From: Sphyrna mokarran
Taxonomy: Eukaryota
Direction of reading: 5' to 3'
Assembly: GCA_024679065.1 (NCBI GenBank)
Contig: JAGIQG010000010.1
Location: 62,992,001 to 63,056,000 of the forward strand
DNA length: 64,000 bases
The notes beneath the pieces are model-generated. The model worked only from the letters and a program-made list of their open reading frames with translations. It made no database searches and was not told the origin of the DNA. The first letter of the stretch is position 1. Every line of letters begins with the position of its first letter. The position numbers were made by a program, and so were the translations under genes. Positions 12,691 through 25,127 of this stretch are shown here, piece by piece.

Positions 12691-14364
12691 GTTCAGCCAT
12701 CCCACCAGTCCGTAGAAATCATGCTGATCTTTCCATCCACCAGTGAAAACTTCTGCTCAATGCACAGGAAGGAAATAAAAAGCATAGACATATCAAGATA
12801 CATTTTACATGGTTTTTTTGACGGACCAAATCCTGTATTATTATAATCTCAAAGAGTAGACTCGACTGGTTCAAAAAAATCTGTACATCAAATAAAGATT
12901 AGGTGAAGTTTACCAACCCTACAATAGCCTCCTGATCTTCCTATTTTTGCTTTCTAGGCAATTTTATTGTTCGAGTGGTGTCAGCATTTTTCAGCTCAGT
13001 TGCAGAATACGTGAGAGGCATGTGTTCCATTGAAACTAATAGTGAGGCTGGAGTCTGATCATTTAAGCTGATGCCTGAAATGTTTCCCTTCAAGGTGAGG
13101 TCTCTTTATAGGCTCTTGACCTTCATTTGGACCTTTATTTTCTAGATCTGGAAAATAATGTATATTTATTTTTAATTTTAGTGTTTAAATATGCTCAGCA
13201 AAATAAAAAAGCTGTTTGGTGCAATATTTGCCATTGACAAAACTATGTCATAAGAAGTATATTGACAAAAAAGGGATATTTATATTTTATTGCTACCTTT
13301 GCTTTTGCAACAGTTTTCTAAGTGATTGCCCAACACTACAGTTCGGCACAAATATAAAAAATTAAAATCTATTTTTGAGTTACAATAAAATTATGACAAA
13401 ACATAATTAATCAATATTTAAATGAATGTTGCAATTGCTGATCCCATACTTACATCTCCCAGATGAAAGTGCTTTCATTCTCAACTGATTAGAATGCGAA
13501 TGCCAAGTCCGTCAAAGCAAATGCTGTCACTGTCTGCCTCAGGACACAGCAAGTAAACAAAGATGCTGACACATGCAGGATGAGGGGAGCTTCCCTAGGG
13601 CTCAACCTTTAACCCTGTGTTTGAACTATCAGCATCACATTAAACATGGTGTCAGGAACCATCCTTTCATTGACACCTGAAGGGTGTAATGCTTTAAATA
13701 TTGAAAAATGAATTCCTATGTTTTGTTTATTAAAAACAATCTACCACATATCTCAAATCTCAACAAGACAACTTAAACTATAATTTACATCTAAAACCAA
13801 ATAGACCACTATGTTTATTTGCAAACTTTTAACATTGTATTTAAGGTCTGCAAACATAAGCTTTGAATTTTAGCTTTGCAGTGCGCAGATTTGTACTGCG
13901 AGAATGTCATATCCTTAAGCTCAGCTGACTTTGACTCTTAAATGTTAAAGCAATTTAGGGTTTCCAGTGACTGCTTAGTAATTTTCTCTGAGTATGTGCT
14001 TTTCAAAATAAATTTAAGTATATTTTACTTCTATACAACCATTGTTGTTATTTAACAGACTTTTATACGATACTACTTTTCAATAGTGTTTGACAGAAGA
14101 TAATCTAATTTGATTTATCTATACCAATTATAAAAGTATGATCTCAACAAATTCGCCTGATGTTCTTGCACTATAAATTCACATTCCTATTATAAGAAAA
14201 TACATTGATGCAGTGTATAATAGATCTCCCATTTTTTGAAATATGTTGGGCTTGTGCAATGGAGACTTCTTTTAATCAGCAGATTTAACACAGGTGATTT
14301 ACAGTCAGGCAGTATGTTATATTTGTAGTAGATAAGTTAAAGCAATTAATGTTAATGCAATTCC

Positions 14365-14632
14365 GCCGAGAAGGACAAGGGCAACAGATACATGGGAACA
14401 CCTGCAAGTTCTCTTCCAAGTCACCATCCTGACTTGGAATTATATTGTTGTCACATCACTGTCACAAGGTTAATATCCTGGAACTCCTTTCCTTACAGCA
14501 CCATGGCTGTATTGACCCCAGAAGGACTGCCATGGAATCAAGGAGGTAGCTGACCATCACCTTCTCAGGGGTCAAGGGCAGATTGGGTATGCAAATAATG
14601 CTGGCCTTGCCCACATACCATGAAAGAAATTA
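14365..14632 (+). mobile_element. CR1-group LINE family B 3' end
   Basis: GAAGGACAAGGGCAACAGATACATGGGAACACCTGCAAGTTC...ATCCTGGAACTCC...TAATGCTGGCCTTGCCCACATACCATGAAAGAA. Confidence 0.8.
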
Positions 14633-14769
14633 AAAATGCATGAAACGCTTTCCAAAAAAATTTCCAAATTATAGTCAATAATTATATATATAAAAATCTA
14701 TAATTCACACTCTTTAATGTTTGGGTTAAGAAATTGGGCCGGAGGTTAACATATGGCTCACACAACACT

Positions 14770-15235
14770 TCCAGTGTGATGGTCATTCTGCTCCACGTAG
14801 ACAGCCTCAGGAGGAAGATATCATGGCTGCTGCCAGGATAGTGAGCATTCACTGACAAAATGCCTTGTGCATAGTTGCTCACCAAATGCACATTAACAGT
14901 GTGGTAGCCCTTACAGTTCCTGTATCGTTCCCTGTTGACATTGGACCTACAGAATCAGATGTACCCTGCACCACTGGGAATCTCGTTACCTGCTCTCTCC
15001 TCCTATGTCTCATTGTGTAGAGACAAAACATTGAAATCTCCTTTTTTTTTACATAGATCCTCTGTCACCACTTCTGCCTGCTGCCCCCAGATGCAGTGCT
15101 GAACTGCATACTGGACTGAGTGATGGTCACAGATGCTCTGCCTGAAATAATTTGGTTAAGCTTGAAGTTTAAAGCGACTTAGGGCTTAAAGTACTCCTTC
15201 AGCCGAGTTGTCCAGGCATTGGAATTGGTGCTTAT
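14770..15235 (-). pseudogene. Harbinger/PIF transposase remnant (HARBI1-like DDE_Tnp_4)
   Basis: KGYHTVNVHLVSNYAQGILSVNAHYPGSSHDIFLLRLS matches the RKGFHSLNVQ...V.ARYPGS.HD..IL motif. Upstream VALNF...AVQHCI fragments are frameshifted. Confidence 0.85.
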
Positions 15236-15907
15236 ACACACTGATTTTCTTTTTCACAATGTTTCTGGTGGCAGCATGGCTTTCATGTATATTTGCTATC
15301 CTTATGTGGTTTTGTGGAGAAGTATCTATTATCCATGAGCTACCATCCTATTGTTCTTATCAGAAGTCTGATGATGGAAATGACAGACTGCCTCAGCAAG
15401 GCTGCTGATTTTACTGGGGCAGAGTACAGATAGATTTGCATGATGCCCTCAAGCAGCTAATGGCTTCAGACCGCAGTCGCCGGTGTATGTCTGTTGCTGT
15501 GTCTTTTATTGTTATTTTTCATTGGGTGTGTTTGCTAATATATGTACTCTTTTTTTAACTCAAGAAAACTCAGTTTGATTTTCTCCTTATTGAAAGTAAA
15601 ACACATTTGGTTGGAAAAAGACATTCATGAGGAAAAGACAATTTAAAAATCTTGGTTGCATCCAACCAAGGGGACTGAAATAGAGGGGAGCCAGTTCATA
15701 CTTCCTTAGCCAGTCATTGCATCTGGTTGGTTGAGAAGCGTCAGCAAGGGCACTGGTGGATAAGCAATGGTGGGAGCATGAATATTGCCATTCTGAGAAA
15801 AGGCTGCAAGCTTGAATAGAGCCACTGTCATTCCCCCCAGCGATGCCTTGACAAGTTTAGTAACCTGATGGAGGACAGATTGCTGAGCTACTATGAGAAC
15901 TGTACAC

Positions 15908-16242
15908 TAGGGTTGCCACTATGACTGAATATATCACATGATATGTCATCACAGTTCAGCAATTACTCAGCCTCTACATCCATTCCAGTGCTGCAATGAC
16001 ATCCAACACCAATCAGAAAATAAGGAGTCATTACCCAATTGGATGATGCTTGACTCGCAGTCAAACAGCCTTTAACACCCCAATTTCAATATTTTTATAT
16101 CTGGTAAATCAGGGGAAATGAGAAGAAAATAATCTTTTTAATGCCCTGATGATTTTTCTCCAGGATTGCACACAGAAATGTCCTGGAGATTGATCTTCAA
16201 TTCTGGGCATTCCAAGCCAATTCTGGAGAGTTGACAACCCAA
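15908..16242. mobile_element. hAT-type MITE
   Basis: Termini TAGGGTTGCCA and TTGACAACCCAA. The 8-bp flanks CTGTACAC and TTGTATGC fit a decayed 8-bp TSD. Confidence 0.7.
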
Positions 16243-16827
16243 TTGTATGCCCCTTTGGTAACTGGATACCAATCTGAGCCTGCATGTCAGCAAGTATGGA
16301 TCTCAACTCAGCTTCCACTGCAGCACTGAGACTTTGAGAGACTTCTGTTTGTGCTTCAGTGGAAGCTGAGATACTAGCCACCAGAAGCTACATCATGGGT
16401 CACTATTCTCACCATTTTCTTATGCACTGTCCCATCAGAGTCTTCACCTTAGTCCACAGCTTTCACCCTCCAGGGAGCAGGCACATGAACTATCCTTTCT
16501 CTTGGCTTGACTGCAGCTGACTCATGCCCCATGATTCACCATGTGCACATTGTGACCCTGTACTATTTGCTAAGATATATGGAGTGGCAGTGTCTTAACT
16601 GGTGGCTATGAGTGTCAGCACTCTCTAATGAAACTGCTGTGGCTGGCCAGGTGGGCATTTTAGTGAATCTGAAAGCAGAGAATCAGAAAGATAAGGTTGG
16701 GGGAGTTGAAAACACTTAATCACAATATTAGCAGTTTGCACTCCATGTCAGATAATGGGATAAAGATGAGGAGTTGAGAGCAAATATAAGGCTGAAATAT
16801 ACCATCAGCCTTAATGTCATGCTGGAC

Positions 16828-17182
16828 TTTCTTTTATTCATTTATGGGATGTGGGCATCACCAGCTGGACTCGTATTTATTGCCCGTCCCCGAGGACATT
16901 TAAGAGTCAACCACACTGCTGCAGATCTGAAGTCACATGTGGGCCCAGACCAAGTAAGGATGGCAGATTTCCTTCGCTAAAGGACATTGCTGAACCAGAT
17001 GGATTTTTAAGCAGCAAGTGACAATGGTTTCATGGTCATCATTAGACCTTTAATACCAGATTGTTATTGAATTTAAATTACACTATCTGCCATGGTAGGT
17101 TTCGAACATGGGTCCCCAGAGAATTACCCTGTTCTCTGGAGTATTAGTCCAGTGACAATGCTACTATGCCACTATCTCCCCC
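16828..17182 (-). mobile_element. tRNA-derived SINE family B, full length
   Basis: Reverse strand: GGGGGAGATAGTGGCATAG...GGACTAATACTCCAGAG...GTTCGAAACC, core CCATCTGGTTCAGCAATGTCCTTTAGCGAAGGAAATCTGCC, LINE-B-like tail. Confidence 0.88.
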
Positions 17183-17304
17183 TGAAGCAATAGGTTTATC
17201 ATAACCAGCTCTTTGACAAGAAGCACTATCTCCTCCATAGGTGTGCTTGACCCTACAGTTCTACTTTGCTGAGTAATATGCTGGCATGTCCTACAAGAGA
17301 GAGG

Positions 17305-17940
17305 GAAGAAGTGAAAATGGTTAAGAACTTCAAGTTTTAGGTGTCTAGATCATCAACAATCTGTCTAGTTTCTCTCCATACCGAAGGCATTGTTGAGAAA
17401 GTCCACCAGCACCTATATTTTCTCAGGAGGCTAAGGAAATTCAGCATGTCCACCACGACTCTCACCAATTTTACAGATGCACCATAGAAAGCATCCTTTC
17501 TGGATATGTTACAACTTATTGTGTCTCCTGCTCCGACCAAGACTACAAGAAACTACAAAGAATTGTGAATATAGCCCAGTCATCACACAAACCAGACTTC
17601 CATCCATTGACTCTCTCTACACTTCTTGCTGCCTCAAAAAAGCAGCCAGCATAATCATAAGCACCTCAGACATACTCTCTTCCACCTTCTTCTGTCAGGA
17701 AAAAGATACAAAAGTCTGATGTCACGTACCAACCAACTCAAGACAGCTTTTTCCCGATAGATCGTTAAATGGACGTACTTTTTTATGATCTTCCTTTATA
17801 CCCTAGCTATGACTGTAACACTGTGCCCTCGTCTTTCCTTCTTCTGTATGTACTCTATGAATAGTACACTTCTATTGCGCAAGAAACAATACTTTTTTAC
17901 TGCAAACAATTGCATGTAACAATAATAAATCAAATCAAAG
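17305..17940 (+). mobile_element. Rex1/Babar-type LINE 3' fragment
   Basis: VKNFKF.GV...IVEKVHQHLYFLRRLRKFSMSTTTLTNF.RCTIESILSG. Ends AATAATAAATCAAATCAAA. Confidence 0.9.
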
Positions 17941-18189
17941 AATCCCAGTGATTGTGTTCTTTTGCCTTTGGATAGTATAGCGAAATAACTAGAAGAATGT
18001 GGAAACAATGGGAGGAAAGGTGAAACTGACAACAGTCAAAGGTGTATGAGGCTGAGGTGAAACATTTAAATGCTCGGCCTGAGTCTAAACAGCTAGAGAC
18101 TTCTGAGAGTGAGAGAAGAGAGCATTGAGCAGTATGAGCATTTGTGATGCAGTGGCTATGAGATGTCCTTTGAGGATGCTTTCATTGAT

Positions 18190-18440
18190 CTTTCTAACAT
18201 GCGTAAGGTCACTGATCTAGTGGTGCTACTGCTAGGTTGTCAGGGACCAATTCTCGGAGTTGACCTCCATGGTCACCTGATCACCTTCCCTTCAGAGGGT
18301 GTTTCTTAAAGACATTCAGTGCATCATCTCCCATCCCTCCTGTCTACTTCCTGTGAAATCATCCCTCTTCTGCTGCCAACATCCATTGGTAAGCTTACGA
18401 CTACATCCATGAACCTGGGAACCCTCTCTCTTCCCTCATG
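18190..18440 (-). pseudogene. Harbinger-associated Myb/SANT-like DNA-binding gene remnant
   Basis: Reverse strand GRERVPRFMD...DQVTMEVNS...ISDLTHVRK resembles RAPRFSD...W.QVA.EVNA...KKFNDL (Myb_DNA-bind_5). Further probable partner-ORF pieces lie at 16245-16400 and a TIR-like end AAATTCTTAGCCC at 18705-18717. Confidence 0.65.
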
Positions 18441-19819
18441 CTCCTATGTTCATTTTCTACTTGTAACTAATCCCACTTCAGGTACTCTGTAGCAACTTCC
18501 TTCTCATGGAGGATAGCTGCAGCACATATTAGTCTTTAACACTGCGGGACAGCCTGATGAGCACTCAACCAGCCAGCAGAGCAGGTCATGCTTGGCTAAA
18601 CAACACAATCATGAAATTGAGGAAGCAGCATGAATTTTATGTATTGTCTGCCTGGGCACAGGCAGGTCACAAATTGTGAACCTTATACCCAAAAATATGA
18701 GACAAATTCTTAGCCCTCGATGTCTTAAAACAATATAAACTATTGCACCCTTGAGTTACTTAATGTGTATTTGCAATGCATTCTTGGGCTTTCAGAAACC
18801 ATCTATTGTACATATCATATGACTGACTTATCCACTTTACTATATCAGAAATATTTATTGCTGATAGGTCAACAATGTTAAATGCTTTTCCATATAGTAG
18901 CAGAGTGATTAATATCATGCGTCCCAACTGTTTTATATTACACAAAGTCAGATTATTTTTAGGTGGGGGACAATGCTTAATGCAATACAGTTATCAATAA
19001 CTCTGATAATCACTCGTACAATAAAATATTGTACACTGAGGCAGAAAGGGCCAGAATTTTAAAATAATTTTGTTAGGTACTATTAATGCTTTTTTATGCT
19101 TTGTGTTTCTGCTATCCTTTCAGTTTTTATATTGCTTTAATTCTCTTAATTTTCTGTGTTCACATGTTTCCAAATGTCTCCTGCTTATTCTTCAGTTGTT
19201 TGAGTATAATACTTTTATTTAATTGTGCAACCCCACCATTACCTGTAATATGGCTTGCTGGCAATTAAAAGGCTTTAGAAAATCTCAGGGAATGTTAACA
19301 GGACCTAGAGGTTCACTAGCTATGGATACCCCACGCAAATATAGTTCCAATCTCCCCAGAACATTAAATTTCTGTGCGTGGAAATGATCCATATGCAAGG
19401 CAGATTCATTTCTGTTTGAGAGTTAAACAGTAGCTACAAAGAAAGTTTTGAACAAGAGTCCAGAAATAAAAAAAACAGCCATCATGGTCATAGTACTTGC
19501 CTCTCATTGCTCTGTACTGAAGTATAAGCCCCACATCCATTGTGGTAACTGTAAATAAAGCAATTGTAAAACTGCAAGCTTTAAGAATACTGAGGAAACA
19601 ATCTTTCAAATATCAAAAAAAATTGTCACACCTTGAAGTGAATAATGGCAAGTTAGAACGTTTTCATATCCCAATACCACTTGGACATTTTGTCCAAATA
19701 TAAAAATATATTTGTGTGACAAGTGTTGTTCTCTAACAAATTGACACTAGATTTAATCTCACGTAACCACATTTAAGACAATCACAACTGAAATCTTAGC
19801 CCAAGGGTGAAACAGATAT

Positions 19820-19992
19820 CCAGTACAATACCATTCCAATTATCAGGTTTCCAATTATCTAAACAGAGGCATTTACGTCAATCAGCCAATTTAACTACAG
19901 TATTTAATTATTGACTTCCAGTTAGCCAAACTCAATTACTCGAACGGATTTGCTGTCTCTTGAGTTGTTGGGATAATCAGGAATCCATGGTG
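19820..19992. mobile_element. Possible TcMar/Tigger-like MITE remnant
   Basis: Left CAGTAC...TTCCAATTATC and right GATAATCAGGAA form degenerate inverted ends. Confidence 0.3.
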
Positions 19993-20898
19993 CTTAATAC
20001 AATTTTCATATACTTAATAATATTTTTATATTTAATATTGCCTTTTTCATCTGGCCTGGTGTGAATGGGATTTGAAATTAGCTTTATTGTGACATATGTT
20101 GGCTAAAAGCCATTGCCCGTCTTTAAGAATCCTCAGTCCATGTCGGGCCTCAAATTCAGTACTGAGAGACGGCTGCCTTTCTCAGGGCACTTGCTGAAAA
20201 TTCTCTCTGCAGCCATTAACCATCTCTCAACCAGCAGTGAGTCCAAAGTACAAAACCAATGGCTGGAACTTTGTGGCTGTTCATAGTGGCGGGATCTTTC
20301 AGCCCTGCTGGTGGCTCACGTGGGATTCATGGTGGTGAGGGGTGAATTCCTGCTGCCAGCCAATGGTGGGCTCTCCCACCATGAATCATGTGACAACTTG
20401 CACAAAGATCTCACCCTATGTCTCTAGAAAACCATTTACAGCATCCATTTAACAATTCTCACCATCAGACCTGACACCGAAATCATCTATGTTCCCTGAG
20501 TTTAATAATCGATTGTTTAGAGAAATTGGTATTGTATGTTTGCAAAATAGCCACAATCATTGAGCTGTTCTGAGAATAGTGAGATTATTTACTCCAACCT
20601 TATAAATGAATTTAACAAATGATTTATTGATCATTCCATAACACTGCATTTTTGTGCCAAAAAGTTCAAACATTCTAATTTATTCAAAGAATAATGGAAA
20701 TAAATAGCTATGCTAACTGAAGTTAGTAGGGACTTTCCTTGTCTAATTATTTATTGGTAATAGTGCTAATTGATTATTACTGTGGAACACAATGGGGACT
20801 TGAATAAGTCTGTATATTGATTAACCTAAATGTTACTGTCCTCGATTTCCATTGTCTACAATGTACATTTATTAAATGGCTACTAATTAATGAAATGA

Positions 20899-21197
20899 GG
20901 GCAGCATGGTGGCACAGTGGTTAGCACTGTTTCCTCACAGATTTAGGGAACCGGGTTTGATTCTTGGCTTGGGTCACTATCTGTAAGAAGTTTGCACATG
21001 TTTGTGTGAATTTTCTCCACATGCTCCAGTTTCATCCCAGAGTCAGAAATACATGCTGGTTAAGTGCATTGGCCATGCTAAATTCTCCTTCAGAGTATCC
21101 TAGCAGGTGCAGGAGTTTGGCGACTAAGGGATTTTCACAGTCATTGCAATGTTAGTGTAAGCCTACTCGCGTCACTAAAAATAAGCTTTAAACTTTA
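20899..21197 (+). mobile_element. V-SINE with alternative (non-HE1) 3' tail
   Basis: Head GGGCAGCATGGTGGCACAGTGGTTAGCACTG...GGGTTTGATTC. Tail GGCGACTAAGGGATTTTCACAGT...GTAAGCCTACTCGCGTCACTAAAAATAAGCTTTA. Confidence 0.85.
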
Positions 21198-22489
21198 AAA
21201 GCTTCTTATCTCGTTAGGATTAGATTTCAAAGTTAAGATCAAATGATATTTGAGGGAAGACCATAATTCATCTACGCAGTCATTTTTTTGTTGTTCTTTG
21301 TTCTGACGATGACTGTGAATTAAACACAGGCAAAGGATTGCCAGTCATTGGCCCAGATTGTGCCACACTAATAATGGTAACTAATGGTTAACAGTGCTGC
21401 TGAGCATATTGGACAGCAACTTGTGGCACAGTTAAAAGCAGAAATTCCAAAGTTTCTGTCAGAAATATTTTGTTCCTCCACAGTATGCATTTAGTAATCT
21501 CACTATTAGACTTGACGCCAAAATCATGATAATGTTATGATATTGGAATTTTTGCCCACTAGTTAGGCATGAATTTGGAATACTTGCCCACTAGTTCCCC
21601 ATTAAAGATGCCTGAAAAAGTGACTTTTGGTGCATTTAGGAGTAAGTGAATCATGTGATAATTAATGACAAATGACCTCTCTGGCCCTGAAAATTTATTA
21701 TATGTGTCTAGTTTTACTCCTCCTGACATAATCACTTGGATTGTTTTTAAAAAGTAAAATAAAAATGATTTTTTGCACTTTTATTTGCCTCTTTTATCTC
21801 ACTCTGAATTGCATCTTTCTTTCCCAATGCTTATTTTGCTTTCTATACATGTGTTAAATCTAATTCATAGTTCCTGTTCTATATTTCTTGACCTGGAGGC
21901 AGAATTTTGTATTTTGGGTTGAAATTTCAACACTGGGGTCAAGTAGGAATCACAACCCTACACTGTGTTGTGAGCAGGCACTTGACCTCAGTTTTACCTG
22001 AATTAGCGAATTGGTGAATGGAAGATGTGCTCGCATCCAATTGAAAACTATGAGATCTCAAAGTTGGAGGCCCAATAGGAGGAACTGCAGCCTGCAATTG
22101 TAGCCATGTGATGGAGAGGGCATCTCACCTTGAAGCACTCACACAGCAGCTTTTGCAGTGAAAAAATTGACCACAGATGCCCGGCTATCCTTGGTAGAAA
22201 AGCCCCTCCATAGTTGGCTTGCAGGTAGATGGGTTGGGTGCTCAGTAAAACCCTGAAATGTTGGTCACCACCAGAAGACACTATCTTGGCCCTGTAGGAA
22301 TCATTCTGCATCCAATCTGGCTCTCTCCAAAATGCTCCAGCAAATGGATACACCAGCTGGTGAAACTAATTTACCCATTTGCCTGCCTGCACCCATTCCC
22401 ACCCTATATCACAGGGGAAAAATCTACTCTGTCTTATTGAGGATTTTTCAATCTGATTAGTTGAAGACCCTCTTGCCCTAGGTAAAGAT

Positions 22490-22638
22490 AGTAAGAAATC
22501 TCAGAATGCCAAGTTAAAGTCTAACAGGTTTATTTGGTAGCATGAGCTTTCAGAGCATTGCCCCTTCATCAGGTAAATCCTGGTGTTGTAAGCCTTCTTA
22601 CTGTGCCTACTCCAGTCCAACACCAGCATCTGCACATC
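22490..22638. mobile_element. Miniature Penelope-derived element made of inverted pseudo-LTR pieces
   Basis: GTAAGAAATCTCAGAATGCCAAG and CCTGGTGTTGTAAGCCTTCTTAC are inverted. Flanks CTAGGTAAAGAT and CTAATTAAAGAT look like a TSD. Confidence 0.75.
22541..22575 (-). ncRNA. Minimal type I hammerhead ribozyme motif with intact core
   Basis: Reverse strand TAC-CTGATGA-A-GGGGC-AAT-GCTCT-GAAA-GC-TC-ATG. CUGAUGA, GAAA and the CUC triplet are present. Stem I has a mismatch. Confidence 0.7.
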
Positions 22639-24920
22639 CTAATTAAAGATGCCACAAATGCCCTATAGATGGCACTGCCCTGTGTCAGATGAAGGATTAG
22701 GTGATATTTCCATCCAAAAACATGTGAAAACAGTACAGGCAGTTTATTGCAAGGTGAATGATGAGCGCCAAGTCCACTCCTGTCTACAGGATTGTAAAAG
22801 TGGATGTACTATCCACCAAAAATCAATAAATTGAATGGGCACCTTTGCCAAATTTAACAACATACAGAAACACAATTTTTCTCTTCAAAAAAGAAAATCC
22901 AATTTTTTTGCCATAAAAACAAACTCGTAACAAGATTACTATCTCCATATATTGTAAAGCAGTATATTCCACAATTTCTGTTATTAAATGAAATTATCAC
23001 TGTTATCTCTTGAGCAATAAGAAGCTGTGTTTCAGGCCTTCTTTCTAATCTCTATAGAGTGTGATCCTCTGGTATCCCAAGGGCCCTGAACAATGCAGCA
23101 GAGGAAGAAACCCAATTTATCTTCACATCAAGAAAAGAAATGATCATTTTCCAAGAACATAAAAATAAATTGTTGTTTTGTCTTGTATAAAATAAAGAAA
23201 GGCTTCAAACAAAAACAAAATCCCTCTAGACTTTCGTTTGCTTTTGAATAATTTTTATGTGTTTTCAGAATAAAATTCCCTAGCTCATTGATTTTATGAC
23301 TTGCTTTGTAGTTGAAATGACAGACCCTTTTGGCTTTAGGTTGCCTGGAGCACCTAAGAAACATATTTAAATTCTTGATGTTAATACATTTATTGCCAGA
23401 TCCCCATCACGCACCTGCACTATGCAATCTTGGCAACTGTGGTGATATTTGGATGAGAAATTCTTTGCCATGCACTCAGTTTTTAGGTTTGAACCAAATG
23501 CTTAGTAATCAATATGGGAGGAAGACCATGTGTGTAGTAAGTGTGCCATCCATCATATTGGGGAATGGACATAAGACCCATTGTGCACATAACAACTGCT
23601 TCAGGGCCATTTACAAATTTAGGCCACTACAAACACAGCTGGTTGCAGTCAGGAAAGTGCAGTCTTCATGTGACTAACCAATGGTTGTTAAAAGGATCAC
23701 TGGGAAACCTAACCAACAAGGTAAGTTTGTTAAAAATAATACCTGAAAGCAGAACAGTGCCAACGTTCCTTTTCTAACCAACCACCCGCTTTCTTCAGAC
23801 CAAATTCCTCTTTCCGAATCACACCTCAATGCTATTGATAATGGTACATAAACACAAAAATGTTTATCCTCTTGAAGGCTGCATAGGGATATCCATCAGG
23901 CACTTTCAACTGGCAATCCACAACAAATAAAGCCTGAAACTCAATGAAGTGGCATTGTACCCAATGCTTCAGGCTTAGCCATTCCAGTGAAGAGATTCTT
24001 CCCTGTGGAAGCCCTAGCCACCTCATTGCCAGCTTTTGAATTCTTCCCATTTTTTATGCTGTCTAATAGCAAGTCTCACCTGAAGAGAAACTTCTATTGT
24101 TTAACTTGAATTTGCAGCTGGGAATGATAAACAATTTCCTAATTAATAAAATATTATGAGTGAAATCATTCTCTCTGTCCGCAGGGTTGGTGGCAGGGAC
24201 TCAAGATTCAGCAAAACCCTGGAAGTCACAGATCTTGGCAACAAGATTGCAACTATTGATTTTCCCCACCCCTCGTCAGTGATGTAATCAGGCTCATGAA
24301 CTCTTCCCTTTGCCATATATTTACAGCTCTCTTATATTAAAACAGTGTCGAGATGATGTCATGTCAGCTTTACATAGGTTCACATAGACCTATACGTGTT
24401 GTAGGGATCTACCTCCCCCCACCCACCCTGGCCAGGGGTATAAAGGTGAGTATAGCCCCCAGGGGAGAAGGAAATGGCCAGGTAGTGGCTTAGCAATGCT
24501 CCCTGGCATTGCTGTTTGTCACAGGTTACCAATGCTAAATTGGCACATCTCAACTTGATAGTGCCAATCTGGCAGTGCCAACCTGTGCTAGGGGCAGACC
24601 CAGTAGCAGTCTCATGGGGGAAGAGGGCGATTCATTTATTTGTAATGGTAGGGGTGGGGGTGAACATGAGTGTAGGGGGTGCCAGTGATGGCCATTTAGG
24701 GAATGGGGATGCTCTAGCATCTGTAATGTCTAATGTTCGGTGAGGTATAGGGAGGGCTTGCTAGCACTAACAACTGAGTCGGGGCAGAAATGCTGACTCC
24801 AGTCGAAATGGGTAAATGTTGGCTCTGATTGGGGGGAGTTAATTCTGGCACCAATCCAAGGATGGAGATGTGAATACCAACTCCAATCAGGAGGTGAGGA
24901 GGGAGCGGTGAATGCCAATT

Positions 24921-25127
24921 CCATAGTCCCAGATGACCATAGGTTAGTGTCCTCTTTGAGGAGAGCTGACTGTTAATGATTTAACTTGAGGATCACCATA
25001 CCTCAGGTAAAATGGAGATTGAAAAGGTGGGGCCTTCATGAATATCCTCAGCTGTTATAGGAATTTAACCCACGCTGTGGACATTACTCTGCTTCACTAA
25101 CCAGCTCCCTGGACAACTGAGCTAAAC
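24921..25127 (-). mobile_element. tRNA-derived SINE (family C)
   Basis: Reverse strand GTTTAGCTCAGTTG (A box)...GGGTTAAATTCC (B box)...CCTATGGTCATCTGGGACTATGG. Related split copy at 44128-44690. Confidence 0.75.

Noticed and set aside
12958-13094. Plus-strand exon-like segment (TTTCTAG acceptor, AAG|GTGAGG donor)
   Set aside because: All three frames contain stops and no peptide is recognisable. A lncRNA or UTR exon cannot be shown from sequence alone.
20899-20975. tRNA-like A/B boxes
   Set aside because: SINE heads, not tRNA genes. They continue into V-domain sequence and lack a full cloverleaf.
23623-23720. Open segment ending in a strong donor CAAG|GTAAGT
   Set aside because: Weak acceptor, unrecognised peptide, and phase incompatible with the candidate exon at 27228.
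24023-24079. Minus-strand VRLAIRQHKKWEEFKSWQ* after TTTCTCTTCAG
   Set aside because: The same site reads equally well as a splice donor (CAG|GTGAG). No homology recognised and no linked exons.
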